Origin: Eledone cirrhosa
Taxonomy: Eukaryota
Length of the DNA: 64,000 bases
Direction of reading: 5' to 3'
Assembly (NCBI GenBank): GCA_964016885.1
Contig: OZ024740.1
Coordinates: 142,042,001-142,106,000 of the forward strand
A program made the translations under genes and the position numbers. Shown here piece by piece: positions 40,425 through 54,349 of the stretch. The notes under the pieces were generated by a model that saw only the letters and a list, made by a program, of their open reading frames with translations, was not told where the DNA came from and searched no databases. Position 1 is the stretch's first letter; each line of letters begins with the position of its first letter.

Positions 40425-40564
40425 TCACTGCTTTACAATCGTTTCTAGATGATGATAATACATTGTATCTATACTCAGTTATTGATCTATGTAAGTTTAC
40501 TAACAATCAGATAAAGAGAATATTTACTTACATGCATATCACCAGCTGTTTTCAAAAGCAATAA
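40425..40564 (-). ncRNA. Type I hammerhead (U3-A8, 103-nt stem II), left-arm copy
   Basis: Reverse-complement copy of 43686-43825, with loop III GATT. Confidence 0.65.
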
Positions 40565-41323
40565 TAATTTTATTCAATAATAATTTTATTCAGAATTAGT
40601 AGTGTGTTAGTATCATGTCCTTATTTGGAGGTAGTTGAAGAACTAACGAATCAAATTGTTTTTTTCATATGGTGTTAAGATTATAAGTAATACACTTTAG
40701 TTGAGGTCATGACCCTTTGAAAGGAATGGTTGAAGGGTGTTAATAGTAGAATTGGCATAACAATCTATTGGGAGGACGGGGATTGTCAAACTGATAGTTG
40801 AATGTATCTGGTATAGTGAATTCAAAAGGAATGTCAAAATAAATGGTAACTAGTGTTGTATTGAGTTTTCAGGTGAATATAAATTAAGGTTATGGCTAGG
40901 AGAGATAGTTTATTAAAAGATGAAAATTATAATAAGATAATGAAATACAGTAATGCGATAATATACAACTTAAGCAACACAATATAGTATGGTGCGGTAA
41001 ATTGCACTTAGTATAATATAGCATATTATACGCTCTAAAATACTATCAAGTATGTTTATGCATAAATAATGAAACTAAGATAAATACATGTTGGCATAGT
41101 TAAAACACATAAATTTCATAGATTACAAAGTGCATATATCCACACTATATATAGAGAGAGGTACAGTTATATTGATATCCAACCAAAAATATACATACGT
41201 ACAAATAGATGCAAACCTAAATACACATTTACACGTATGCATATAATCATATACATACATATCCTTACATATCTATATCCACACATACACATCTATATAC
41301 ATCTATATATATATATATATACA

Positions 41324-41395
<72 letters not shown>

Positions 41396-41804
41396 TCATA
41401 CACCAATACTCACATATACACACACACAAACACACACACATATATATATATACACACATATATATATATACACATACACATACACACATACATATACAAG
41501 TATATATATATATATATATACATATACACAGACATAAATATATATACATATATATATATAAATATACACACACATAAATATATTTCCATATCATACATAA
41601 ATATATATTTACTCATGCAATTACGGGTGGTTGTGTATCCTGTTGCCTTTAGTCATTAACGCATAAATCTAAGGAAGCTAAAACATTAACAGGCAAAAAT
41701 AAGCATGAATGCATATAATTAGGGGAACGAGGTGCCAATAAATGTTACTCTATACGGAATTATAGTGAGTTGCTATTTAAAATATTTAATTATGTTTATA
41801 GTAT

Positions 41805-42790
41805 TTAAATAGGTTTATAGTATTTAAATGTTTTTCGTATACGGTGATTACAAACTATGATGAATTCCTGTCTTTTATTTAATAAATCGTCCTTATATTT
41901 AGTAATTTCCAAGATCTCTCCTGAACATAATCTGCATTCCCTCCTGTTCCCAAGATATGGAGTTTTTTGTAGAATGGTGTTCCACGATAACTTGAAATCT
42001 ATTTTTTTCTTTTGATAATTATTTACCGCTTCAGCTAAAGATCTGGTGTTTGCTAGTTTAGTATTGTTGAAACTACTAGAGTGTGCGTAAAATCTTTTCT
42101 TAAATGTGTTTGATATAGATCCTATATATGTTTTGTTGCAGTCTGTAGTAGACACAGTGCATTTATATATTACATTATTAATAAAACAGTTTCCATTTAA
42201 GGGGCAAATGCTTCTATTTCTGGAATTACAGCCATACGTAAGATGGTTTTTGGGGTGCCTATACTATTCTCATTTATCCTTGAGCTATTCCTATTGTAAT
42301 TAATGATAGCAGGAGAATGAAGGTTGCTTTGTGGGTGGTTTGGTGCTAGAGTTGTATTGTGATTTTGTGTTCTGTTGTTTTTGTGTTGGTGATTTGGGTG
42401 GTTGTGTTTGCTAGGTTGAAGGATTGCATTATTTGCCTTTTTAAAAGGTGCAGTCCTATTTAAATTATGTTGCGTTGGTGTAGTCATATTATTTTAAAGT
42501 TTATAAATGTTGTAGTTGCTTATTTTTTGTTTGAGATTGCTTGATGTAGAGTATGAGAATTTAACTGTATATTTGTTAAATATTTGGTGGTATCTGTGGT
42601 TTGGTGGAAAATGTTTATGTAGTATTTCAAATAATTTTTGGGGGATTTGTCCAATAGTTTGCAGGTTGAAGGGTGCGTTGTACCATGTTATGTTTCTTTT
42701 GTGGTTTTTAGTTAAGTTTTTATTATCACTTATATTATTCTTTTGTGTTCTAGAAGAATTCCTATGGTCGGTGTCCTTATTTGTGGTGTT
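41805..42790 (-). pseudogene. PLE linker + GIY-YIG endonuclease remnant
   Basis: RNITWYNAPFN..KHFPPNHRYHQIFNKYTVKFSYST; CN..CPLNGNCFINNVIYKCTV..TYIGSISNTFKKRFYAH; CRLCSGE..LLNKRQE..CNH. Confidence 0.9.
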
Positions 42791-42812
42791 TGGTAAATAT
42801 ATAAATATATAT

Positions 42813-42869
<57 letters not shown>

Positions 42870-42927
42870 ATGTATATATGTGTGTGCATATATGTACATG
42901 TATGTATATGTATATATGTATGTATGA

Positions 42928-42966
<39 letters not shown>

Positions 42967-43685
42967 GGTATAGATGTGTATGTGTGGATATAGATATGTA
43001 TGGATATGTATGTATATGATTATATGCATACGTGTAAATGTGTATTTAGGTTTGCATCTATTTGTACGTATGTATATTTTTGGTTGGATATCAATATAGC
43101 TGTACCTCTCTCTATATATAGTGTGGATATATGCACTTTGTAAACTATGAAATTTATGTGTTTTAACTATGCCAACATGTATTTATCTTAGTTTCATTAT
43201 TTATGCATAAACATACTTGATAGTATTTTAGAGCGTATAATATGCTATATTATACTAAGTGCAATTTACCGCACCATACTATATTGTGTTGCTTAAGTTG
43301 TATATTATCGCATTACTGTATTTCATTATCTTATTATAATTTTCATCTTTTAATAAACTATCTCTCCTAGCCATAACCTTAATTTATATTCACCTGAAAA
43401 CTCAATACAACACTAATCACCATTTATTTTGACATTCCTTTTAAATTCACTATACCAGATACATTCAACTATCAGTTTGACAATCCCTTTCCTCCTAATA
43501 GATTTTTATGCCAATTCTACTATTAACACCCTTCAACCATTCCTTTCAAAGGGTCATGACCTCAACTAAAGTGTATTACTTATAATCTTAACACCATATG
43601 AAAAAAACAATTTGATTCGTTAGTTCTTCAACTACCTCCAAATAAGGACATGATACTAACACACTACTAATTCTGAATAAAATTA

Positions 43686-43825
43686 TTATTGCTTTTGAAA
43701 ACAGCTGGTGATATGCATGTAAGTAAATATACTCTTTATCTGATAGTTTGTAAACTTACATAGATCAATAACTGAGTATAGATACAATGTATTATCATCA
43801 TCTAGAAACGATCGTAAAGCAGTGA
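43686..43825 (+). ncRNA. Type I hammerhead (U3-A8 core, 103-nt stem II, palindromic stem III)
   Basis: ttattgctt-TTGAAAA-[tggtgata...tatcatca; tatactc/gagtata]-GAAAC-gatc-GTA-aagcagtga, with a 9-bp stem I. Confidence 0.75.
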
Positions 43826-43998
43826 AGTATATCTCTAATGACTTGATTTGTTATTTCATTGTTTTAACTTATATCATGACTCTGTTTTCCTTTTAATGTT
43901 TTATTGTTTTCCGAGATTTATCTTAACCTACATTTTAAACATATGGATTACATCGAGTTCCTCATGCAGAATAGACCCCACAACTTACAGTGGATACC

Positions 43999-44046
<48 letters not shown>

Positions 44047-44067
44047 TATATATATATATATATAAAG

Positions 44068-44285
44068 GAACGATCGACTTTCGTCAAATCGGACCGAAGA
44101 AACAATGTTTCCGTTGGTCTTTCTAATTGCTAATAATATATATCGGTCGCAACTCCAGGTAGAAGGAGCAACGTGAAATAAAGTGTCTTACTCAAGGACA
44201 TAACGCATCGCCTGGTCCAGGAATCGAACTCACAACCTTACGATTGCGAATTCAATTCCCTAACCACTCACCCACACGCCTTCAC
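44068..44285 (-). mobile_element. tRNA-derived SINE with CORE-like segment
   Basis: Minus strand has GGCGTGTGGGTGAGTGG (A box), GAGTTCGATTCC (B box) and gtccttgagtaagacactttatttc. Confidence 0.75.
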
Positions 44286-44364
44286 ATATATATATATATA
44301 TCGCAATTGGAAAGACCAACGGAAACATTGTTTCCTCCGTCCGATTTGACGAAAGTCAATCGAC

Positions 44365-44418
<54 letters not shown>

Positions 44419-44500
44419 CATGTATATATACATACATGTCTATATAAATACATACATATATATATATACACACACATACACATACTTATATGTATAATTC

Positions 44501-44695
44501 TGAAGGTGCGTGGCTGAGTGGTTTTGTGAGTTCGATTTCTGGACCGGGTGATGCGTTATGTCCTTGAGCAAGACACTTTATTTCATGTTGCTCCTCCTAC
44601 CTGGAGTTGCGACCGATAGGTTGTATTAGCAATTGCAAAGACCAATAGAAACATAGCTTCCTCGGTCCAATTTGACGAAAGTCGGTCGACTGTCG
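44501..44695 (+). mobile_element. tRNA-derived SINE with CORE-like segment (head-to-head partner)
   Basis: TGGCTGAGTGG..GAGTTCGATTTC..gtccttgagcaagacactt, with the same 3' tail. A solo tail lies at ~44302-44365. Confidence 0.75.
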
Positions 44696-44856
44696 ATATA
44701 TCATGTTTAATATTGAAATGGTTTCTACGGAACTAGAACTGTTTCATTCAAAAGAAATCATGCATACATACACACACTCAAACATAGATACATTCATACA
44801 TGCATGTATACATACATGGATACATACATACATACATACATACATACATACATACA

Positions 44857-44890
<34 letters not shown>

Positions 44891-45689
44891 CCTACCTACC
44901 TACCTACCTACCTACCTACCTACCTACCTACCTACATACATACATACGTACGTACGTACGTACACACGTCTCTCTGTGTCCGGGATATACTCAGAAATTA
45001 GAGAACGAACACCCGTAAAAATATATACTATTGTTCTTTGTACCACCGGACATATCCTAGCATTTATTTTGATGTATAAAACAGTATATTATATTTAATT
45101 CAATTCTATTTTCCCCCGTATTCGGATAAAACAATTTGACCATTTGTTTTGGAATTGTCTCCCTTTCTGTTTTCTGTAGAGAAGGGCTGATAGGACGAGA
45201 GAAGGGAAGAGAGGGTGTGCAAGAAAATGAGAGAGCAAAAATGAATAAAGAGATGGTGAGATGTTGAATATGAGAGAGAAAAAAAGATAAAACAATATGA
45301 GAGGGAAAATCTTAGAGATGTGGAAATAGATAGATTACGAATGAGACACATGTCAAGGGAGAGACAGAGAGAAAGAAAAAGAGATTTTAAAAGAAAAGAG
45401 GAAATGTGTTCAAAGAGTGACTGGAGACGGTTTTCTTTGATTATGAAGTTTGCAACGCTACATTTCACATACACAAACACACCATAAGTGTGTGTATGTG
45501 TTATGTGTAAAGTGTACTCTGATAGTAATAACATTAATGAGTGAACTCATATTTTCAATGCTGGAATAAATGTGGTCTCACCTGAGATCTGTTACATATT
45601 TGCCTTGCAAGATACTCAAGGTCAGTCATTGGCTGCTTTTGTGGACACTGACCCAGGATAAGCTAGTACTAATGTTGATACAGATCGAA

Positions 45690-46180
45690 ACTGTGTTCGT
45701 TCATTTCAACAGCCGATTGCAAACAGCTCTTACTTCTTAACGTGGTCTCATATTCAACCCGCAAAATCTTACGAGCCTGGTAGCCCAAAATTCAATTTGT
45801 GTTTACTCAAGTGCCTTCTAATAACTAAATCTAATCTGGTCTATTTAATAAGAAATCCGAAATAATTTCAACCTGCCGACATAGAAATACTTATTCCTTG
45901 CGTAATAAACAATCTTACGTAATAAACAACTTAGTATAAATTTCAAATTTAAAACTCATATATAAAATAAAATAGAAGTCAACAGGTTAGAATTTACCTC
46001 ATTTATTCGTTACACAATTACTGTTAAACGGATAAATGAGGTAAATTCTAAGCTGTTGATTTGTACTTGGTTATTATACCTATACTTAGGAGTAGGCAAA
46101 CCTCCACGTATACTTCGCCGAGTGCTCTAACCTACGTACACACTAATGTCAGTTTATTAACTAACATATATTATACCAAG
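45690..46180 (+). mobile_element. PLE endonuclease C-terminus with fold-back junction and tail
   Basis: LTWSHIQPAKSYEPGSPKFNLCL..NKKSEIISTCRH, then a hairpin 45976-46011/46027-46062, ending at TA. Confidence 0.7.
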
Positions 46181-46315
46181 TATATATATATATATATATA
46201 GTAATAATAATAAATTTGAAGACTAAAATCCAAAGAGGGCTCGATAAGGATAAATATATATCAAATATATAAGAACCGTAGAGCAAATATTTATTAAAAT
46301 AACTTTAATCTGTTA

Positions 46316-46570
<255 letters not shown>

Positions 46571-46784
46571 TTATCTTACTCGAATGACGCAGGTAAGGTA
46601 TTATCCACCATTGAAAAAAACGATGGAAAGTATAATTAACAGCACTAGGGTAAGTGTTCCTAACTACACTGTCAAGGAGCAGTCCGGTCATTATAACTCT
46701 GGTGGTTTAAAACCGCTGGGAGAGCCAGTGAATGATGAATGGGCTGTCTCTGAGACACACAACACACACACACAGACACACACA

Positions 46785-46880
<96 letters not shown>

Positions 46881-47399
46881 TAAACAACAAAAAACAAAAA
46901 CAATAACGAAGAGTGCAGTACAAACAGTGTTGGTATTAGGTTACGAGCCGTGCACTTTGCAATAGATAATAAAAGCCGAAGTGAACACAAATATTAGAGA
47001 ATAACAAAGAAAACGAACAAGAAAGAACAAAAGAAACAAGACGTAAGGAAAGAAAAAGACTGGAATCTTCAGAGACTGTTCGGCCTGAAAGAGGAAGAGG
47101 GGAAAAGAAAGAGAGAGTGAGAATAAGTGATGGTATAGAATCGAGACGCAGAGTGCACGCCGTATATAAATGTATAAATATTTGGTTTGTGCCTGTGAGC
47201 TAGTCTCATTCAACAAGCGATGTGTCTTATCACATATGATAGTGTTAATACATGAAATGTATCGATAAATCACGGTAATGGCATAGCATACAATACTTTG
47301 TTTGCTGGGAAAACTTTTTTCCAATGAATCATCTGTGGTGATTTTTATCCTTGTTTAATCTATGGTCATGGTGATGCCTTAATCATATTCTTTATTTAG

Positions 47400-47972
47400 C
47401 TTGTCCACTCTCTGATAATGTCATTTTAGATTCTCTTTATTCTAAACTCTGTTCAACGCCCTTATAGCAGTAAAAAAATAATCGACAAGGAAGATCAGCA
47501 GATTTTTCTCTGTTGAGTGGCTCTGGTAAAAGAGCTTGTGTGGTCAACAAGAGTGAAAGGTTTCGGGATGAACTTTCCTTTCTGACCAAGCTCTCGTTTC
47601 CTTCTTCGAGCAGCGCTTGAAGAGAAGCGTAAAGTTAGAGAGAGAAGTTCTGCCAGCTAAAATATATCAAGAAAGGCAGGTAAGAAACTGACGAAGCTAA
47701 ATTGGGCTACTGTGATTGTGAGTTTCTAAGGTAAAGTAACTGGGATAAGACATTTACAGATAATCCGGAACTTTTTTGTCGGGGTGTTTATCTTGAATTA
47801 CCCTAAGTGGTCATGCCCCTATTGGAGAATTTTTCTTGGAAATGTATTGTTACATTTATTGTTTTCTGTTGATTTTGAACGTGTTTACTCGATGTGACTA
47901 CCACTTTGTGTTGTAATTTGTCCTTGTATTGTTCCCAAAGTCTTGCGCCATTGTGACCAATAAAAGAAATAG
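47400..47972 (+). mobile_element. Tx1/L1-like LINE 3' end, degenerate
   Basis: ELVWSTRVKG..FF..LKRSVKLEREVL resembles ORF 29039-29638. It ends in ttgtgaccaataaaagaaat. Confidence 0.6.
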
Positions 47973-47973
47973 A

Positions 47974-48160
47974 TTGACAGTATCGGTAGAGGGTCGGACA
48001 CCATGCTTTGATGCATAGAGTTACGGCCCTTGACATTCTGAGTTCAAATCGCGCTGAGGTTAACTTTGTCTTTCGTCCTTACGGGATCGATAAAACAAAG
48101 CATCAGTAATGCACTGGGATATTTGCTGACCTTGTGCCCAAAGTAGAAACAATTATTATT
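47974..48160 (+). mobile_element. tRNA-SINE
   Basis: Full match to the family. Confidence 0.85.
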
Positions 48161-48164
48161 ATTG

Positions 48165-49380
48165 TCTCTTGAACGCTGGTAGATCTTCGACCGAATTTAG
48201 CTTTGGAAGTGGGTCATAGCAAATGACCAGAGATTACAAAGCTTCCTTCAAATTGAAGTTTTTCCTCATAATTCTTGCTGTTCTTAACAAGACTGTTGTT
48301 TGTAGCGTGTATGTTTATATTTCGAGCTTCCAAAGCTAACCTCCTTATTTCCTTGACATTGTTCCAACTGCTCCTACTACTACAGGCATTATTTCTACCT
48401 TGTTCATTTGCCATAATGAAGCAACGTCTCGTTTGAGATCCCGATACTTTTTTATCTTCTCCTCCTTTTTCCATCCATTATGTATTATAATACAATGTTT
48501 GCTTTTCTTGTTGGCAATTACTTTGTCTGGCCTCCTTACTTCAATCATATTGTCACATTGTATCATAAAATCCCACAACATTTTAACCTCACGGTTAGCA
48601 ATGACAAACAAAGCTCCCAGTGATCTATGCGTAGTATGTTGTCATGACATCTCTTGTATTCTATTTGAACAAGTTTGGAGCATTCGCTTACTATGCGGTT
48701 TACAGTCTCTTTTTTAGCTCCTTACATCCTCCATAAAGAGGAATCACTGGTCTTATCAATATGGCACTTGACATAATTTGTCCTCAAGGATTTGTCCGTC
48801 ACAACGTTTAAGTCACGTTTTCTCGTCCACTTCCCTGTGTCAATCTTATCGACATGACCACCCATTTTTCGGATAAATTTAGCGTGCATTCCTCAGCTTA
48901 TCAAGCTTCTCTTCATTTGTGTTTTTGTACTTCTATTTCACAAAAGTTGAGATTTAAATAAGTTTTTAAAAAATGAGAAAATAGATATAGAAAAGTAGTA
49001 GTAGGAGGAGATAAAGATAAGTATTAAGAAGAATAAAAGATATGAATTAATTTTGCATTAAGGATATTTGAATGGTATTAAATACCAATTAAATTTGCTA
49101 TAAACATTAAACAGAAAAGATTGTTTGTTGACATGTATAGCGAAGACAAAGAATTACGAAGTATATGGACGATAGTTGTTAGAACTATCTTTTGGAGTTC
49201 ATAGATGCTAGGTTTATCAGGTAGGTTTTGTAGAAACCTTTGAACACTTTTCTTTATGACACATAAAGTTCCTAACATTAGCGGAATAGTTGGTGTACCA
49301 CATTTTGTTTATCTCAATTTCTAGATCTTTATATTTTGCAAGTTTTTCATACGCTTTTGCTGACACATTCCTATCAGATG
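48165..49380 (-). mobile_element. R4/Dong-like REL-domain fragments, degenerate
   Basis: VKMLWDFMIQCDNMIEVRRPD..KIKKYRDLK..W; KLAKYKDLEIEI and ELQKIVLTT in the 49130-49380 fragment. Confidence 0.7.
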
Positions 49381-49384
49381 ATAT

Positions 49385-50815
49385 GAACTTCAGTACCTAC
49401 GTCGACGACCTGTCGCAGCTCTCGATGTTGGAGGTGGAGTCCTGTAAAATGCCGATAACAACCACTGAAATATGGGATACAATGACTAACTTCACAAGGG
49501 CTAAATTGCTTGGTTTGAGTGGTCTTCCCGATGAGATTTACATTCACATGCCAGACTTGTTCATTGACTTTTAGGTTGATGTCTATGGCATCTGGCAGCA
49601 GAACGGGAGGATTTCTAGTTCTGTGAGCCGAGGAGTGGAAGCGCTGCTGAGAAAAGATCCGAACAAGGGGGACTACAAGAAAATTTCAGGCCTATAACTT
49701 TGCTAAACACAGAGTTCAAAGTGTTGGCCAAGGTGTTTGCGACGAGGTTCGTGCTAGTCGTCGGATGTCTAGTGGGAGAGGCTCAAACATGCGCCATTCC
49801 AGGAAGATCCATCCACGACAACCTACACCTTCTGTGATACATCATAAAGAGAGTAGTTAAGTAACCCGGTACAGGTGGAGCCCTGATCAGCTTGGATCAG
49901 TCGAAAGCATTCGGTAGAGTGGAGCATCGATATCTGGTGGTGGTCCTCAGGGCAACCGATTTTGGACTCTTTTTTCAGAGGGTAGATCTCTGCAATGCAC
50001 AGCGACATCTGCTCTCTGGTGAGAGTGAACGGTCACCTTCCGGAACCTGTCAACATCATGTGCTTGGTACTCGTATGTATTGACTCTAGAGCTAGTGTTG
50101 CACAAACTGAAGATGTTGATGGGCATACCGCCTGAACTAGGATGCAGGAGAACCATGTCAGCTTATGCCGACGACGTCACTGTAGTGGTGTCGAGCGCCA
50201 AACACATCGAAGCGATCGGCATTGCTCTGAGAGAATACGAGGCGGTGACATGTGCAAAATTAACCTGGAAAAGCCGGTGGGCCTGCGACACGGCACCTGG
50301 AGAGGCTGGTCTATGTCGTCTGACAGCGTCGTCTGGCGCAGGATGGTGGGAACGGTTAAATTGCTCGGGGTCCGGACCTCCAGACGGACAAAAACTAGGA
50401 CGAGGGGACGTGCAGGGTGGCCACACTCTCCCAGAAACCAGCCGAGAGGAAGCTATCGCATACATCACTTACTATCTCCTGACCGTCGTACCTTTTCCAT
50501 AGCTTCGTCTGCCTGGACAGGAGCGCTTGCTCCTTCGCTTATTGTGGAAGGGACGCACTCCGATGGTTAGGTGGTCTATCTGATGCTGGAGTACTGGGCA
50601 TGCCATTCACTAAGCATTCACTAGGCACCAGATGTGGTCGCCATTCACTAGACCCCCCCCCCCCAGCTTGTCTGTTTGACTGAGCTACAATCCTGTTTGA
50701 AGTGGAGACCGAGGGGGAGCACTTTGAGGTGAGAATGTCTTCAGGCACTCACAACTCTCCTCCAATCGGACACTACGATTGGTGGAAACGGTGTTCTATA
50801 GAGAGTTAGTGATGT
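49385..50815 (+). mobile_element. Tx1/L1-like RT fragment, degenerate
   Basis: GLSGLPDEIY, FRPITLLNTEFKVLAKV, DQSKAFGRVEH and SAYADDVT. Confidence 0.8.
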
Positions 50816-51962
50816 ATTCTGTGGTATGCTGTCGCAGCGACCAATACGTTCTTTATCCTTCGCATTTAGGGAGAAAAATAGTCAAAATCAGGATCTCCAG
50901 AATCTCACCAGATGTGAATATCTAGTAGATCCTGGTTTGCGTTGTCCTAGAGCAAAGCGACACCTTCATGGAAGTAAAAAGAACTCTCATCCGCTATTAG
51001 TTTGGATGTTCTCCTACACATCAAGCCAGAAAAGCTGAATAAGATCCCGGACCTGATTCGCCTGCCGTATTGTATCGTTATCTATTCCGTAGTTGATGCT
51101 GTGTAGTGATGCCAACCACTTGAGATCTTTCAACAAAACATAACGAATTGTAGGACCGCCTTGCTGCCAACAACAAAACTCAAACAACATCATTAACACC
51201 AACACTGGTGGTAGCAGCTGTAACACCAAGAATAGTGACAGTAACAGCAGCAGCAGCAACAGCAGCAACCATGACAGTACCACCAAAATCAAACCCCAGC
51301 CCATGCAGAAGAGATACTGTTCCCTGATGTCATAGTGTTAGATATGGATTGGAGCGTCAGAGAGGAGTGGCAAAACTGTCACGAAAAGAAAGAAAGCTCT
51401 CTGACTTCGCCCACAATAAATACAGCAAAAGGTAAAAGGTTTAAACCACAAGGTCCCAAACGCCAACACCTTCAAGTTGATCATCAACACCATAACATAT
51501 ATCAGCAACATCTCAAGCACATCCTAGCCATTACCTGTAACATCAACGAACGCAGACCCAACAAAAAGAGTCAAACACCACAAGTTAGACAGCCATAAAC
51601 ACAAACAACAAAAACAGCACAACAACATTAGAGGAAACGATTATATCATCATTAAAAAATCGCAGTGATCGTACAGATAATACAAATTGAAGAAAACACG
51701 AACTGCAAATGAAAAGGGAAATGCCTGATAAAATCAAATATATCAGAAGGTCTATCAACAAAGGAATCTACTCAGATTTAATCGTGTAGATATCCACTGC
51801 AAGCTGAAAAAATGGATCACCCAAATGGATGGACTATTGGAGTAAAATGCCCTAGAAACACTGTATGTCAATATGGCTCCCCTGCGACTCCTCAGGAGTT
51901 ACGGGTCCATACCATACCATATTCATCGATAACATTAATATTACTATCATCATTACCATCAT

Positions 51963-52319
51963 TTATCCAATTTGCAATATCATAACTAAATAAATGAAAC
52001 ACTCACATATTTCATCATCAATGTCTTCCTTTGATAACCATTTTTTTCGTTTGGCAGTTTTTCTCATATGTTCAAATATGCATTTTTTCTGATCAGCTAG
52101 TCTTTCGCTGCTGCAATTGGATGATGGATATAGTTCTTTCCAGAATCGATACATTGCTTGCCTGTATGACTTGGGACTATCTTGAAGGCCCTTAAAGTAA
52201 CAGTTGACAACATCTTGATTCAATTCTTTCGTCCACTTGGTTCTTTGTCTCGAAGAGCCTGAGTTTTTTTTTTGAGGTGCCGACTTTCTACACTGTACTG
52301 TGTCAATCATTGTTGACAT
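51963..52319 (-). mobile_element. R4/Dong-like N-terminal fragment
   Basis: RTKWTKELN..CYF..YRQAM..W..RLADQ is homologous to ORF 35015-35482. Confidence 0.7.
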
Positions 52320-52416
52320 TACCTACATGAAAATAATCAAGGTTAAAAAATAACGTATGAGAATGCTCTAAGATTATTTACAGACCCTAATATTGCTACA
52401 TTTTTTAACCCGCTTA

Positions 52417-53331
52417 TCTATATATATAAAACTGAGGTTGTCTGTATGTCTACTAAAACGGTCGGCACACATATCCACCTAAACTGTACGTTCAAATTTC
52501 GGTGAAATTGCTACACTTATAGATGAAGGTCCGGCGGAGACATCGGTCAAAAAAATTTTCAAATCGACCCACGCCAAGTGCAAAAATCGAATTTGTAATG
52601 TATTGATTTTTCAGTTCAAATGTATAAATAGAGATGAGAGACGAGTTATTTCCCTTTTATGGCGTCATTCTGCTTATCTATTTACGTTACGAATAAACGA
52701 CGCGTGCAAAAGTACAAAAATACACGAACAACTTTTGGGCCAGCAATATTTTAACCTACAAAATTCATGAGTTCAAAATGTCAACATTAAGCTTCCATTT
52801 TGCTTCATTTCCATTGAAAAGTCTTTTAAAACAATATTTTTACTTGAAAACAAACCTATTTGAATATACCGTAAAACAAGCAAATATTTTGTAAAAAAAG
52901 CATTGATCTCGAATAAAGCCTTATGAGATTTTCATTTAGAAGCAATGATTTTAAACGACAGACAGATAACGCATTTTTTTTTTTTCCTCTCAGGTCCATC
53001 CAATTTCTTCGATTCAAAATAACTGATAGTTTGGTTACGCTGATGTTTTTCTCTGAGACAAGTGTTGCAGTGTTTACATTTTCGATTTTTGTTAATAGAT
53101 TACCAGTGCAGTTTTTATCCCCAGCATCCTCTTTTGTTTTAACATTCGGGTTATGGTTATGTTTTCTTAACTTCATAAGGCATACTGTTGGTTGAGGGAA
53201 TATTAATCAAAAGTACCACATGAAAGTCTACACTGTAGACTCTACAGATTTTAAGCCAAGAAAGGAACTTAACATTGTAACTTTAACACAGCTACTGAGC
53301 AGCCCCGAGCAACGCCGGGCTTTACTGCTAG
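52417..53331 (+). mobile_element. Non-autonomous Helitron
   Basis: 5' end A|TCTATATATATAAAA, 3' hairpin cccgagcaacgccggg (~53304-53319) then CTAG|T. It is inserted between A and T without a TSD. Confidence 0.75.
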
Positions 53332-53984
53332 TGTCTTATAAGTATGATGTCAAAGATTGCGTATCATTCCAGAAGTACCAATTACAAATAGGGAGATTAT
53401 TTAACTGCAATAATTTTTTTTTATTCAACAGCGTCGCGTCATGGGATCTAACATTTGATAGAGGTGTAGGGGCTTGTCTCCGGAATTTAAATCTGTAGGA
53501 GCCCATCTCTCTCTAAGTTTGAACACAGCCAATTCCATCTGGTGAAAGGGATAAAAAGTGGGAAGTAACTTTAGAAGAATTGAAACCAGAATTCGATTGG
53601 TACTTTATTAATCAATATCAAATGATGAATTGCAAAGTTATCCTCGGCAAGATTTAAACTCAAGGCGCAGAGAGCCGAAGCAAATACCGTAATGCGTTCT
53701 ATTCGACGTTCTAACGAACCTGTTAGTTTTTGGTCAGTGTAATTCCTTAGCTTTTCAGCTCACTTCTGCCCAACATTGAGGTCACTTGATATTGCAATGA
53801 AGATTTTTCTCATGACGAATATTAAGCTTATGTTATACTTAGTGGGTACTTCGTGGGTTTTCTGTAGTCTAGAGCTATATATCATTCTCATTGTTATATT
53901 CTATAATAGTTAGGGGTTCATATGAATACCACATACATTTTTCTCAAGTATAATAATAATAATTATTATTATTGTATGGCAGGC

Positions 53985-54200
53985 AGTGGATTGATAGTAT
54001 CAATAGAACGTCGGACCAGATGGTTTGCAGCACATAGTTACGTCCCTTTGCATTCTGAGTTCAAATCCCACCGAAGTTAGCTTTGCTTTTCAACTTCACG
54101 GGGTCGATAAAATTAAGTACCAGTAACGTACTGCGGCCGATGCAATGACATTTCCACTCCCCGCAAATTGTTAGCCTTGTGCCTAAATTTGAAATAATAA
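53985..54200 (+). mobile_element. tRNA-SINE (related subfamily)
   Basis: B box GAGTTCAAATCC, the family core and a ccttgtgcctaaatttgaaataat tail. Confidence 0.75.
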
Positions 54201-54349
54201 TTGGTTTCTTAAGTAACCGTACTGTCGCTCCGTAAGATTTGTTGATTTTCCTTTGTTTGTATACTATTCTTTGCTAAAGTTGTTATTATAAACTGTAGAT
54301 ATTGCTATAATATTTGTAAATTACACCCCTAAAATCATTTTTAAAATTA

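Larger units (their letters stand above)
40381..44002 (-). mobile_element. 5'-truncated Penelope-like element with ~1.1-kb inverted pseudo-LTRs
   Basis: Arms ~40381-41610 and ~42790-43869, a tail at 43870-44002, TA flanks and a GIY-YIG remnant between the arms. Confidence 0.9.
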
